Of a stretch of DNA of 64,000 nt, positions 33,008 through 45,905 are shown piece after piece. Numbering within the stretch: the first letter of the stretch is position 1; every line of letters starts with the position of its first letter. The stretch is taken from positions 338,654-402,653 of the forward strand of contig BLSG01000410.1 in assembly GCA_012862495.1 (NCBI GenBank), written 5' to 3'. This DNA comes from Thraustochytrium aureum (taxonomy: Eukaryota). Below the pieces are notes generated by a model. It worked only from the letters and a program-made list of their open reading frames with translations, ran no database searches and was not told the DNA's origin. The position numbers were made by a program, and so were the translations under genes.

Positions 33008-33284
33008 GGAACCCGCAGCCTCCGCCCTCGCAAGCAATGGGGAACCCGCACCCACCAGCCAGCCCGCCCCTCCTGAGAAACGCGTTTCGCACACCCTCAC
33101 AGCCTCCGTTCCCACCTCCCCACCACGGGGAACCCGCTGCCTCCCTCTCCCCAAGCCACGGGGAACCCGCACACACCCTCCCGCCCCTCCTGAGGAACGC
33201 ACTTCGCACACCCTCACAGCCTCGCAGCCCCTCCCTGTTGGCGCGAGAGAGGGCCGTTTCCTGTTTCCCGCCGCGGGGAACCCG
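33008..33284. repeat. Degenerate C-rich repeat with five GGAACCCG cores and two near-identical copies of about 65 bp
   Basis: GGGGAACCCGCA..CCCGCCCCTCCTGAG.AACGC..TTCGCACACCCTCACAGCCTC at about 33039-33106 and 33160-33222. Confidence 0.75.
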
Positions 33285-34027
33285 TCGCCTCTGTAGGGGA
33301 TGTGAGNNNNNNNNNNNNNNNNNNNNNNNNNNNNNNNNNNNNNNNNNNNNNNNNNNNNNNNNNNNNNNNNNNNNNNNNNNNNNNNNNNNNNNNNNNNNNN
33401 NNNNNNNNNNNNNNNNNNNNNNNNNNNNNNNNNNNNNNNNNNNNNNNNNNNNNNNNNNNNNNNNNNNNNNNNNNNNNNNNNNNNNNNNNNNNNNNNNNNN
33501 NNNNNNNNNNNNNNNNNNNNNNNNNNNNNNNNNNNNNNNNNNNNNNNNNNNNNNNNNNNNNNNNNNNNNNNNNNNNNNNNNNNNNNNNNNNNNNNNNNNN
33601 NNNNNNNNNNNNNNNNNNNNNNNNNNNNNNNNNNNNNNNNNNNNNNNNNNNNNNNNNNNNNNNNNNNNNNNNNNNNNNNNNNNNNNNNNNNNNNNNNNNN
33701 NNNNNNNNNNNNNNNNNNNNNNNNNNNNNNNNNNNNNCCCGACTGTCGCCGCGCTCGTGGGTTGGTTGGGGCTTGGCGCGGGGCGGTGCTGTGCGGGGGA
33801 GAAGACGCTCGACGAGGCGGTGCATGCGCAGCGGCACTGGCATCGCGGCCTGCTCGCTGGCCTGCTCGCTGTGGTTGCGGCGTGGCGGTCGTCCTGGTGG
33901 TCGCGCTGCTGGTGTTCCGTTGAGGGTTGGCCGCGCAGCGTTGCTGTGAGGTGCGAAGGACCCGCGCGAGAATCGTGCGCTGTGCGGGCGCGACTGGGTG
34001 GTGCGGGAAGGCGCTGGCCGAAGCAGG

Positions 34028-35425
34028 ATGCGGGGCAATAACCTGGTGAAGAGCTTGAGGAGGCGGCTGTCGAATGCCAAGTCGGAGGATGCCGTGATCG
34101 CGATTCGCGCCAGGGACACCGAGGAACTCCCGTCGCTAAAGTCCGTCTCGAACGCTGCCAAGCGCATGGAGCTTCTCAAGCAAAAGCTCGACTTTTGCAG
34201 CGAGCTGGCCCAGTTCGGGTCGGTCGACCAGAGCGACAAGGCGTTCGTGACGAACAAGCGCAAGGCGCTCCTGGACATCGTCGACTTCCTCAACTCGGGC
34301 CCAGCGCGGTCCAAACAAGAGTACCTCACCGAGGCCATGCTGGTCGACCTGATCAACATGATCAAGTGCAACCTGTTCGTCGCGCTGCCTCCACAGCTGG
34401 ACGACTATGACCCGGACGAAGACGAGCCCTGGCTGGACGCCTCGTGGCCGCACAAGCAGGTCGTTTACGAGCTGCTGCTGCGCCTCGTGGTGAGCTCGGA
34501 CTTCCCGGCCAAAGTAGGCAAGAAACAGGGCCTCATCGACCAAGACTTTTGCGTGGGACTAATTAGCCTGTTTGAGTCGGACGACCCGCGCGAGCGCGAC
34601 TACCTCAAGACGATCCTGCACAGGATCTACGGCAAGTTTATGACGCACCGCAGCTTCATCCGCAAACAGATCGGCTTCGTGTTCGCGCACTTTTCCTGCG
34701 AGGGGTCGCGGCAGAACGGGATCGCCGAGTTGCTCGAGATTCTTGGGAGTATTATTAACGGCTTTGCTCTCCCGCTCAAGCCCGAGCACCTCGCCTTCAT
34801 CCAGAACTCGCTCATCCCGCTGCACAAGTCTGCCTACGTGCAGTCGTTCACGTCGCAGCTCACCTACTGCATCACGCAGTACATCGAGAAGGATGCCACC
34901 ACCGGCAAACTCGTCATCGAAAAGCTTGTCGAGTACTGGCCCTGGGGCAACAGCTCAAAGCAGGTTATGTTTATCAACGAGCTGGAGGAGGTGCTGGAGC
35001 TCATCCCCCTCTCCGTGCTAGAGTCTGTTGCCGCCAAGCTCTTCGCATGTTTGGCGCGTTGCATCTGCAGCGACCACTTTCAGGTCTGCGAGCGCACTCT
35101 CTTTCTGTGGAACAACGAGCACATTGTCAGCCTCTTTGCGCTCGAGCGCACCGAGGACTTCCTCGCACACAACTTTGCGAACGTCTATCACGCGCTGGTG
35201 CGCAACGTCGACGCCTCCAACCCGCACTGGAACGCGGCCGTCACAATGCTCTCGTACAACGTCATCGACATCTACAAGGAGCGCTACGGCCTCGACCACA
35301 GCCTGTTCAACGGCAAGCCAGAGCCAACCAAGGTCGTGAAGGACCGCGAGGCGCGCAAGAACAAGTGGGCAGCACTTGACAAGCAGTTTGGCAATGCAGG
35401 CGAGGAGGAGGAGCGCAAGTCCTAG
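34028..35425 (+). CDS. PPP2R5: Protein phosphatase 2A regulatory subunit B' (B56)
   Basis: DPDEDEPWLDASWPH, LFESDDPRERDYLKTILHRIYGKFM, AELLEILGSIINGFALPLKPEH and HFQVCERTL. Confidence 0.96.
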   Translation: MRGNNLVKSLRRRLSNAKSEDAVIAIRARDTEELPSLKSVSNAAKRMELLKQKLDFCSELAQFGSVDQSDKAFVTNKRKALLDIVDFLNSGPARSKQEYLTEAMLVDLINMIKCNLFVALPPQLDDYDPDEDEPWLDASWPHKQVVYELLLRLVVSSDFPAKVGKKQGLIDQDFCVGLISLFESDDPRERDYLKTILHRIYGKFMTHRSFIRKQIGFVFAHFSCEGSRQNGIAELLEILGSIINGFALPLKPEHLAFIQNSLIPLHKSAYVQSFTSQLTYCITQYIEKDATTGKLVIEKLVEYWPWGNSSKQVMFINELEEVLELIPLSVLESVAAKLFACLARCICSDHFQVCERTLFLWNNEHIVSLFALERTEDFLAHNFANVYHALVRNVDASNPHWNAAVTMLSYNVIDIYKERYGLDHSLFNGKPEPTKVVKDREARKNKWAALDKQFGNAGEEEERKS

Positions 35426-36582
35426 AGCGCGGCCGGCACTCCTGCTGCTCGGGCGTGAGCGTAGGCCCCGCGGAAGGGCAGGCAGCTCGCGCCCGAGCTT
35501 TCGCGCGGCATCTCCTCGGGCGGTGGTCAGAGCGCATCCGCGAGACGCCGGCTTTAGTTGGTCCGACAAGCGTTTTTCGCGAGCAGGCCACGAATGTGTT
35601 TTCCTGGTGCTCCTTCCTGACGATTGGTCTTGTCAGAGGTCCAAAAACCATGAGGCAATCGGCTCCGCCATGGCTAGGCTCGGCATCCGGCTTCATGGGT
35701 CTCAGCGCCGCGCACAGGAGGAGCGAGTTGCTCCAAAGCGAGTGGATTGTGTGAATGAATCATTCGCCCACTCGCCCAGGTGCACTATGCTCGTATGCTC
35801 TTGCGGCTGAGTACCTACGACTTGACGACTTTGCTCTTTTATCAATCTGTAGGTACTTGAGTTCGCTTGCTCGCAGCCGTTTCGGGAAAGTCGAGACCAT
35901 CCGGCGCGAGGGCCTCCTCTCAGTGTTTTGGCAAGCGCAAGGCGGACTGGGCCGGCCGCTCCGCCCTTCCGCGCGCTTTTTAAAATGGTAATCTAGTGGT
36001 TGGTTTCCTTCACGTGCGCTAGCCGACCATGCCCTGCACCTTGCTCCCCACCCTTTACGCCGCCGGCCTGCGATTCACCAGCTACCAGATCGCCGCTCAG
36101 CTCCCAAAAGCCGAAAAGCTGACGCGGACACGAAGGCGCGACTTGCAAAATCGAACGAGCGCCCGCCACCCCAGCACGTTTTCAATTAAATAGTTGCCAG
36201 GTCGTTTCGCCTCCCCGACTTGCGTTGGCCGTGCAAGCGACCCGCTCCGCAGAATGCTCTGGACGAGGAGCGCTGCTGCGGCCCTGGTTGCCGCGCGGAT
36301 GACATGAACGTGAGCGTTAATCGATTTACATAGAGGATCGATGAGGCGAGGTGGCTGCCACGACAGCGCATTCAAAGCGCGTGTCCTCATCCACCAGCCC
36401 GCGCCGCTTGATTGCCGCTCAGCCGCCCTCCTCGCCGCTAGCCTNNNNNNNNNNNNNNNNNNNNNNNNNNNNNNNNNNNNNNNNNNNNNNNNNNNNNNNN
36501 NNNNNNNNNNNNNNNNNNNNNNNNNNNNNNNNNNNNNNNNNNNNNNNNNNNNNNNNNNNNNNNNNNNNNNNNNNNNNNNNNC

Positions 36583-38908
36583 CCCAGCTCCGCGAAGACC
36601 GAAGTCTTGGACCATGTGCGCTGGTTGCGCTGGTTGTCGTCGCCCTGCTCAAACAGGACAGGCACGTGCTCCACGCGACGGTACTCGTGCTCGTTGTAGG
36701 CGTGCTCGTACTCGACCCGCAGAACGCTCCAAAAGGTGCGGCGCACGAGCTCTGCTGTCCCAAGCAAAAAGTTGAGGTGCGAGCTGTCGATGTACTCGTT
36801 CAGGACGTCGTTCGGAATAAGAGTCAGACACCACGTGAACCGCAGGAAAAGGTCGGCCAAGATGCACGAGTAATAAACGCGCAAATTGTGTAGCAAAAGC
36901 TTGCGTGGAACAGGGGTGGGCTCCACCCCAGGCTCGTGCGGCGTCGACGGGACCGCGACGCCGCGCAGGTGCGGCCCACGCAGGGTCCGGATCCCCCAGT
37001 CCATGCGCACGTCCCAGAAAAAGTAAACACGGTGGACCCGCAGAGCGAGATGAGGAAGATGGCCTGGTACACCCTACGCGCGCCTGCGTCCCTCGCGTCC
37101 CGCTTACCGTCCTGGTTCCAGTCCTCGAGCGTGGGATGCAACGCGCCAAGAAGCACGAGCTGCTGCGCGAGAAAGTACTTGAATACGTTGGGGAGGTGCG
37201 GGAACCGCTTGCCAGTGTCGTAGTAGCGACGAAGATTTTGGAAGATGCGGAACATGAGCGGCATACTGATGATGACAGGGACCACGCTAAAGTTGAACTG
37301 GCCCTCACAAGTGCTCGGCGACCCCCCAGGGTCCTTCGATTCGAGGTTAAACACGCGGTGCCAGTCCCCGCTGAAGAAAAAGCAAAAGGTGAAGGCGATG
37401 TCAACGAGCGGGCGCGCCATCGAGGTGAGCACGTCCGCGGCAAAGCTCTGGAAAAAGGTCACTTCGTGCATGGGCGCGGTCATGATCTTGAGCATCGTGT
37501 CGATGACCGTCGAGGTCTGCTCAAGCGGGAAGACCATCAGAGAGCACATGTAGACAAAGAGGAATACCGGAAAGTACTTTGCGAGCCAGAGCCACCCTGG
37601 CCCAAGCGCCCCCAGCGTGATTTTGACGTAGGCCAGCATAAGCGACAGAAAGATGATCGTCACCGTCGTGGCCCTGCTCAGGGCCTCCTCCCAGAGCAGC
37701 GAGCGCCGCGGGTCAAACTCGAACAAATAGATGTAGTTGATGCGCGCCGAAGTCCAGATGTAGAGGCACACAGGCCAGAGCCAGAGCCACATCACCAGAA
37801 ACCCAAACCCACGAAACACGCGCAACGTGTCGTTCATCTGGTGCTGCACCCGCTTGTCGCTACTGTCCCCAAACACGCTCTTCGTGTCCACGGCTACGTC
37901 CCAGATCACCCAGCAGCACAATATCAGCACCATGCCGATGCGGAGCCCGATGTGCATCATCTCCCAGCTGTTGAGCGTATGGTGCTTGAGCAAGAGCTCG
38001 CTCCGGGCCAGCGTCCTGTTGCCCGAAAAGTAGGCGCGCGCAACGATGCGCTCCACCTGCGACATCAGCTCGTGCAGCTCGGGCGACTCGATGAACCCGT
38101 CGCGGTACTTGTTGATCGATCGCATCATTTGTTTCACGGTTTTCAGCCCCGTTGCTTTGTCGTGTTTCTTGAAGATCTTGACAAACGCCGTGTAGTTGAG
38201 AATCGTAAAGTTTTGCAGGAACTTGAGCTCCCGGTACACGTCGCGAAACGCGCGCTTCGCAGAATCGGCCGTCAGCACGTCTTTCGGCAGCGGCTGCGAC
38301 TCCTCCTCCACATCCGGGTCGATGTGCAGGTGGCTGCGCTTGAGAAGCGAAACGGTTTCCTGCAGCCGCTTCACGCGCCCTTTGAGCTCGCCCATCTCGC
38401 TGCGATAGAAGGCGTCTACCTTGGCCGCCTCGCGCATCGCCATCTTGACAAAATCCTCGTCCGGGTTGTGGTGCAGAATTTGCACCGAAATGGCTTGCTC
38501 GTACGTCTTGGCCTGCTTTCGAGCCACCGACGCCGCTGACCCGCTCACTTCGTTGTCCTCAAATGACGACGATGTAAGCTCGTAGGTGGACCCGGAGCCG
38601 TACCGCCGGGTCGACCGCCGCCCCTTTCCCAGCAGGTTGGCCGTCTCGTCGACAGTGTTTGCCCGGTTCATCGCCCGTTGTGCGGCAGCCTCGCCGCTGC
38701 TCTCATAAAAGTCGTCCTCGTCTGTCTCCTCGCCGAGCTGCGGCAGCGCGCCATCTGCGCCAGTGTCCAAGTTGATCGAGGCCTGCCGAATCGCATTCAT
38801 CTTCTTCGCGACCGCCTTGATCAGCTTCTTGAGCCCATCGTAGTTGACATACTTGTCGGCCCACTTGGGGTTCTTGTTCGTCTCGAGCTTCTGTCCAAAG
38901 TTGACCAT
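36583..38908 (-). CDS. XPR1: SPX-EXS phosphate exporter (XPR1/SYG1/PHO1 family); homopolymer frameshift at about 37020; 3' end in gap
   Basis: SPX motifs MVNFG..W...YVNYDGLKKLIK and LNYTAFVKIFKKHDK. EXS motifs INYIYLFEF, ADVLTS, WDVRMDWG and ELVRRTFWSVLRVEYEH. Confidence 0.92.
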
Positions 38909-39606
38909 CCTGCAGGCCCAGTTAGCGTGCGTGGGCAACAGCCGGGTGGTGTGGTGTGGGCTTGGGTGGGGTGGTGGGAGCTGCGAGCCCGCCTATCCCG
39001 GCCACGCCGCCACGACGCCGCCGACCCAACGAGTCCGGCCAGGGCTCCAAGCCCAGTCTCTCGCTGCTCCCCGCGGCGCCAGCGCCGAGCGCTCTGGGCG
39101 CGCTGCCGGCGTGACCTGCGCGTGGGTTGCGGCGGATGTGCCGCCTTTTGGAGACGGCACTCGGTTGCCAGCGCAACGTGAGCCCAACGCGGCGCCGACG
39201 GTGCTGCCGAGCCCGGTGCCGAGGCGGATTGCCGATGCCGCGCCCCCAACGCCAAGCGCTCTACGCGCTGCCGGTTGTGACCTGCGCGCGGCTTGCGGAT
39301 GTGCTGCCCCAACCGATCTGTTGAAAACCAAGTCGACAGCTTGTTGCCAGCCAAATGGGCGCCGATGAAGGTGCCAGTGCAGGTGCAGATCCCCACGCCG
39401 CGAGCAGAGGGCAGGCGCACGCGCGGCGCGAGGTGGCTGACGCTGTGCTTGTCGTGCTGCTCCCGCGCTGCTTGTTTTATCCTGGGCGGTGCGGGCCATC
39501 GAGGTGGCGGGAGGCAGGGCCTTGGACGTGCCCCGACATCGTGCGTCAAGGCGTGCGTCAAGGCCGTCGTCGAGGCTGACGGGCGCCTACTTGATCGTTG
39601 GACGGC

Positions 39607-40651
39607 ATGTCAGACAAGGGAGACGGGGCCATGCCGCCAGGGGTTTTGACGGCCGCCAAAGTGGGCGCTCTCGGCGCGCTGGCTGTCGGGGTGTACGCAG
39701 GAATGATGTTTCGGCTGCAACCGCACGTGCTGTACCAGGCGCGGACTTACTCGGAGTTCGACATGGAGGATTATTACAAGGGCGCCGCGGAGAGGTACGC
39801 GCAGTTCTTTCCGGGCGGGATGCGCGAACTGTCGTTCGCAATTCCTGCGAACGCGGGTGGGCGGGGCAGCGCCTGCCTTGTGGAAGCAAAAGGCGCGCCT
39901 CCTGCCAGCGCGCGACACAGCGCGGCCAAGAATTTCCGCAAAGCAAGTTGTCAAGCTTTGGGTCGTGTTTGGGGGCAACAGCATGCTGGCGGAGGACTGG
40001 CTGCCATTCTGCTCGCAACTCAAACTCGAGTCGGCGCAAACCCCCTCGCCTCGGCAGCACGCCTTCCTTCTCATCGACTACTGCGGATTCGGAGATTGTG
40101 AAGGGGAGCCAAGCCCAGCGGCTACCCTCCGCGCTTCCTCGGAGGCGTTCAAGCTGGCCCTCGCAGCGGAAAGCCCCGACGAGATCGGCGTCCTCGGTTG
40201 CTCGCTTGGGTGTGCCGCGGCGCTTGAATTTGCTTTGCATGTGACGAACGACCCCGCTCACTTGGCTCCCCCAGTGGACTCGTGCGTACTTCTGTGCCCC
40301 TTTACGGACATTTTGGCGGTTGGTCGGGCGCACTGGCTCGTTCCCCCTGGACTCCCCAACGCGATCGCCCGCCGCCTCGTGCGGCCTGAATGCGATTGGG
40401 ACAACGCCCGAGCGCTCGACCGCCTGGCCGCCAGCAAGCAGCGCAAAGGCGAGGCTTTCCAAATCGACATTGTGCACGGCTCGGCGGACGAGATTTGTCC
40501 AGTTCAGATGGGCCGGGCGCTGCATGAACAAGCCCAGACCTTGCAGCGCGGCGGGGCGCCTGTACAAAGCAGGTTTCACGAGCTTGCTGGCGTTGACCAC
40601 GATTCGGTGATCCTCTTCGGCTTGGAGACAGCTACACGGGCGATGCTCTGA
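39607..40651 (+). CDS. Alpha/beta hydrolase (ABHD13/BEM46-like) with N-terminal membrane anchor; frameshift at about 39860
   Basis: FGGN oxyanion motif, DYCGFG, nucleophile GCSLG, HGSADE (Asp) and VDHD (His). Confidence 0.8.
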
Positions 40652-41294
40652 CTCAGCTCAGAATGGCGGCATCTGAAGTCGGCACGCGCACAAGCCTCAG
40701 CCTTCTCGAGACTCTGCCAATAATGAATTGAACCCCGCGCGCTTCGTAACGTGTTGATTGAGCAGATGTCACTGTCACTTTCGCCGCGCCTGCACATTTG
40801 CCAGCTCTGCGATTTGCGCAGGCGCTTTCGGGCAAGCCACTTGCTCTTGCGTCCAAAGTGCAGAGGCTCCCTGCAGCTCGAGCACCAAGAGCGTGCGCGA
40901 TACCACTGCAGGCAAAACGCCTTTGGGTTTCGTATTCCATCGATTCCGCCGGCTGACGGCAATCAGTGCGCAGAAAATTGTACTTTTNNNNNNNNNNNNN
41001 NNNNNNNNNNNNNNNNNNNNNNNNNNNNNNNNNNNNNNNNNNNNNNNNNNNNNNNNNNNNNNNNNNNNNNNNNNNNNNNNNNNNNNNNNNNNNNNNNNNN
41101 NNNNNNNNNNNNNNNNNNNNNNNNNNNNNNNNNNNNNNNNNNNNNNNNNNNNNNNNNNNNNNNNNNNNNNNNNNNNNNNNNNNNNNNNNNNNNNNNNNNN
41201 NNNNNNNNNNNNNNNNNNNNNNNNNNNNNNNNNNNNNNNNNNNNNNNNNNNNNNNNNNNNNNNNNNNNNNNNNNNNNNNNNNNNNNNNNNNNNN

Positions 41295-44200
41295 CTCTTG
41301 CTGACGAATGGAGCAGCGCACGAAAGTTCTGAGAAAGCGCTCAGCGCGCAAAAAGAAGCAAGGCGCGAGGCATCCAAAAAGTACCACGATGCTATGATTC
41401 GCGGCCGACACCCACGCTCGTTTCCACACAGGAACGGGATTTGGGACCTTGTCGAGAGGTCTTCAAAGCGCGTCGCGCTGATGCAAGCAGGGCGCGCGCT
41501 TGACTACGTGGCTGGCGTCGACCAGGTCGAGGCTCGCGACTTGCAGCGCGAGCGAGAAGCGAGCGTAGCCAAAGCTGAAGCCACGTCGCAAGTCAAGCCA
41601 CCAAGTAGTGGGTCAACTGGGGCTTGCACCACACCAAAACCTCGGTTGCAAAGCTCCCGCAAGGACTTGCCACGCATGAATTTCATCACCAAATTGGGAG
41701 CTGGGACAGCAAGCACCGAGCCCGAGACAAACCAGCGACTGGACAACATCGCCTTGGCGCGTGGCTACCTTGCACAGTACGAGCCTGGGGCCGTGCGCAA
41801 GCAAAAGGCCGCCCGGCGCATGTCGGACTACCGACAGGCCGCGTCGGGAGGACCGCGAAAGTTTGTCCTGACAGCGATCGCCAAACGCAGAAGCCTTCGA
41901 CCAACGCTAAGCCGCGCAGGCAGCAAAGTACAGCACATCTCCTCTATTGCACGATCTACAGCAATCATCAAGCGCTCCCTGCGCAAAGACCGGGACAAAA
42001 GCTCGGACCGCGAGAGGGAAAATGTGGCCAACTTTCTCTCCAGCGCGAGGAAGCAAGGACACCACCCGCGTAACGCATCTGTATTCCAGTTCTTGGAGAC
42101 TCGACAACTGCAGGAAGCAAACGAGACCAACGGGACAGCCTCGGCGTCGAGCGGCATCCCGTTTCAAAAGAACGGGCCCAACAAAGGCAAAATGACGGGG
42201 GCAAGCTCGCCCAACCAAGCGCCTGGCAAAAGCCGTGGCAACAACAAACCGGCTGCGGTTGCTGAGGACCCCTCCGCAGAAGACGACATGGCCGCGATGC
42301 TTTCATTTGACGACTTTCGCGACAAGTCCAAGGCCAAGGCCGAGGCAGAGCACGTCGAGTTTGCGCCAACCAACGTGGAGAGCAAGCTGTTTTACGGCTC
42401 GCAGATCGCCCTCGAGTACCACGATGGATCATTTCTCACTGTCTCTGAGCCCCGCGGCACGGTCTCGTTGAAGAAGCACCCGCGCACAACTGGCCNNNNN
42501 NNNNNNNNNNNNNNNNNNNNNNNNNNNNNNNNNNNNNNNNNNNNNNNNNNNNNNNNNNNNNNNNNNNNNNNNNNNNNNNNNNNNNNNNNNNNNNNNNNNN
42601 NNNNNNNNNNNNNNNNNNNNNNNNNNNNNNNNNNNNNNNNNNNNNNNNNNNNNNNNNNNNNNNNNNNNNNNNNNNNNNNNNNNNNNNNNNNNNNNNNNNN
42701 NNNNNNNNNNNNNNNNNNNNNNNNNNNNNNNNNNNNNNNNNNNNNNNNNNNNNNNNNNNNNNNNNNNNNNNNNNNNNNNNNNNNNNNNNNNNNNNNNNNN
42801 NNNNNNNNNNNNNNNNNNNNNNNNNNNNNNNNNNNNNNNNNNNNNNNNNNNNNNNNNNNNNNNNNNNNNNNNNNNNNNNNNNNNNTCTACCCTGGGCAGG
42901 GGCAGCTGACGTGGAAAGAAGGCTCAACCTGGGCTCGCGGGTGACGGGCGGCGCAAGTGTAGAGACGGTCCCAATAGATCGGAGCGGCCGGATTGAGTCG
43001 CACATCCGCGCGAAAGAGCCGCGCGGGGCCGGCATCGGGTCGCCCGGCGAGCACAAACGGCCCACGGCGGCCGGCGGGTCCGTTATGCAGACAAGCGAAG
43101 GCTTTGGGACGCTGCTCCCGATCCAGACGTACATTCCCCGGCTGCCAGGACAGGCTGGAAACGGAGAAAAGTCCCTCGACGACCTCTACCGCGACGCAGC
43201 CAACATCCAGCGAATCCAAAAGCTCAACCGGACCGCGTCGCACCTTGGGCAGTGGAAGATTTGCGCAGCGTCCATTCAGCAGATCAAGGCGTTTCGCGAG
43301 CAGCAGAAGAGCTCGAGCGCGCTTGATGGGGGCTCCAACAACGGCGATGGGGGCACCAGCGCGAGCAAGCCTGTGGCAGGGATGCCCATCGTAAACGACA
43401 TGGCTGTGTTCTTGGAGCAGGACTGGGTCTATCTTGCCGCATCCGAGAGCGAAAAGGAGTTCCAGAAGCACGCTGGGAAAAAGCGGGTCTGACGCGCAGC
43501 AGCAAGGAACTGGCCGCGATGGCGCCAAGCGAGCGAGCGTAGCACCTTCGACGAGATCAAACAGTTTGGCGATGGGGGCCTCCGCCGTTTCCAGCGCCCA
43601 GCCTGGCGCTGCGGTCCACTCGATGGACGCAGTCCTGAAGAGGCTGCCGCACGATCTTCCGGAGTCGAGGGGCCAATATCGAATCGAGCGCCAAGGCGTT
43701 TTCCGCGTCCGCCTCGTGCAGTCCAAGTTGGATGGGCCCGCGACTGCCTTCAAGTCTGTCGAGCAAACGCTTTTCCGGGCCCGCCTTCAGCTCAAAACCT
43801 CAGAGTCTGCGCGCAACGGGAACCGCGTGTACCTGCCGGGCCTAACGTGCGGGGAGAAGTTCTCCGAGCAGATGCGGCAGGTGCGCGAGCGTATCGAGCA
43901 CAAGTCTGACGAGCGTTTCCTCGATCCCGTCGAACGCCTGGAGCCTATCATGGGCCGGTACTTTTACCAGCGCTTCTTGAGCGACGGCGGCGAGTCTGGT
44001 GCTCACGTGGGTCAGGACGACGCTGCAAGTCCACCCAGACAGTCGCCAGCCCCGGGCGGCGTGCGCACACCGAAAGGCGCAAGGAGCCACTCTGGCAACG
44101 GACCACCGCGCACGGGGCTCGGTGCGAGCCGGGCCGTGGGAGGCGGCAATTCAGCCGCGCCAGCTACTGACAACGTCGCCGAGGCTACCGATGTCTTCGG

Positions 44201-44777
44201 CGGTGCAAGAGAAATGCGCTCGGGGGCAGGGGAGACCCCGCCGCGATCCTCTGTTGCTCGGAAGCAGCGGTCGACCTCGGCGCGCTCTGGCGGCTCTGGG
44301 AGCGCAGAATACATCCGCGAACTCGAAGCTGCCTTGCGACGCGAGATCGCCTGCCGCGAGACGGAGGCGTACCAAAAGCGCCTCGAGGGCCAGCCGCTCA
44401 AGCCCTGGTATGAAACGGTACATCGCCTCAAGCTGCAAGACTGTGACTTGCTCAGTGAGATGTACAAACCCGTGCGAGGCAAGGCGCTGCTCAAGGCCAG
44501 CGCCCTCGCGTTGCTTGGGCCCAACGTGCAGAACATCGCTGAGCAAGCAAAGCAAGAAAAAGCTCGGCAGCAACAACTCGCGAAGTGCATGAGCATGCCG
44601 ATTTACCAGCGGCTGGTGGAAGAGGACGTAAAGATCAAGGCCTTTGTGGACAAGGCCTCCACGCGCGGCCGCGGCGGCGTCGGCCGCCAGCGCGGCTTGC
44701 GCGCGCGCGGCGGGGCCGCTAGTGCCTCGTGCCCACTTCAACTCTCCTCTCGTAGAGTCGATTTCGAGGAGTTTTGA
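41295..44777 (+). CDS. Large hypothetical protein (start in gap, internal gap, A-run frameshift at about 43480)
   Basis: Protein-like frames 41295-42495, about 42890-43492 and 43434-44777. Beta-rich patches LFYGSQIALEYHDGSFLTV and VFLEQDWVYL. No family recognised. Confidence 0.55.
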
Positions 44778-44910
44778 TTGGCATTCAAGTTGCTGAGCTA
44801 CGTCACGAAGACCGCGGAGCGCTCCTTGGTCTCCAGTAGGAGGTATTTCTGCCAGCGGGCGCGCCCACCCCAACTCTAATTGCTGAGGCTCTTTTTGATT
44901 GACTAAAAAA

Positions 44911-45378
44911 TTACATGGAGGCCGAAAGGCTTGCTTTGAAGTCGGCATACGCAGACTCGAGGTCCATGAGCAGCTGGCGAACCTGGTCGTCGTCGAGCTC
45001 TTCCGATGCCCGCATCGAGTTTAGCCGGATGAGCCAGTCCTGCAGCTTGGATTTGTCAAATCCCGGCGCGATCGTTTCGCACTTGTTGAGAACCTTGACC
45101 AAGTCGCTGATGTTGGGCTGCACCTCGTCCACGGCGCGCTGGTCCAGCTTCAAGACGTCCATGGCAGTGATGAAAACCTGTGTGGCTTCGGTGGCCACCA
45201 CCACGGAGGCGTCGCCTCGCTTGCCAGAGTGCGCGTAGATGACCGTCGCCGGCACCCCCGCGACCAGCAGCCGCTCCTGCGCGAGGGGGCAGTCCATCTT
45301 GAACTCCCTGATAAACGTCTCCGTGTTTTCGAACAACGGGTTTGACCGCAGCGCTGCTTCCGTCGTCTTGAACTGCGC
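44911..45378 (-). CDS. VPS28: ESCRT-I subunit VPS28, 3' part
   Basis: MDCPLAQERLL..GVPAT, ATQVFITAMDVLKL..RAVDEVQP and LNSMRASEELDDDQVRQLLMDLESAY. Confidence 0.95.
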   Translation of the reverse strand, partial: AQFKTTEAALRSNPLFENTETFIREFKMDCPLAQERLLVAGVPATVIYAHSGKRGDASVVVATEATQVFITAMDVLKLDQRAVDEVQPNISDLVKVLNKCETIAPGFDKSKLQDWLIRLNSMRASEELDDDQVRQLLMDLESAYADFKASLSASM

Positions 45379-45905
45379 NNNNNNNNNNNNNNNNNNNNNN
45401 NNNNNNNNNNNNNNNNNNNNNNNNNNNNNNNNNNNNNNNNNNNNNNNNNNNNNNNNNNNNNNNNNNNNNNNNNNNNNNNNNNNNNNNNNNNNNNNNNNNN
45501 NNNNNNNNNNNNNNNNNNNNNNNNNNNNNNNNNNNNNNNNNNNNNNNNNNNNNNNNNNNNNNNNNNNNNNNNNNNNNNNNNNNNNNNNNNNNNNNNNNNN
45601 NNNNNNNNNNNNNNNNNNNNNNNNNNNNNNNNNNNNNNNNNNNNNNNNNNNNNNNNNNNNNNNNNNNNNNNNNNNNNNNNNNNNNNNNNNNNNNNNNNNN
45701 NNNNNNNNNNNNNNNNNNNNNNNNNNNNNNNNNNNNNNNNNNNNNNNNNNNNNNNNNNNNNNNNNNNNNNNNNNNNNNNNNNNNNNNNNNNNNNNNNNNN
45801 NNNNNNNNNNNNNNNNNNNNNNNNNNNNNNNNNNNNNNNNNNNNNNNNNNNNNNNNNNNNNNNNNNNNNNNNNNNNNNNNNNNNNNNNNNNNNNNNNNNN
45901 NNNNN

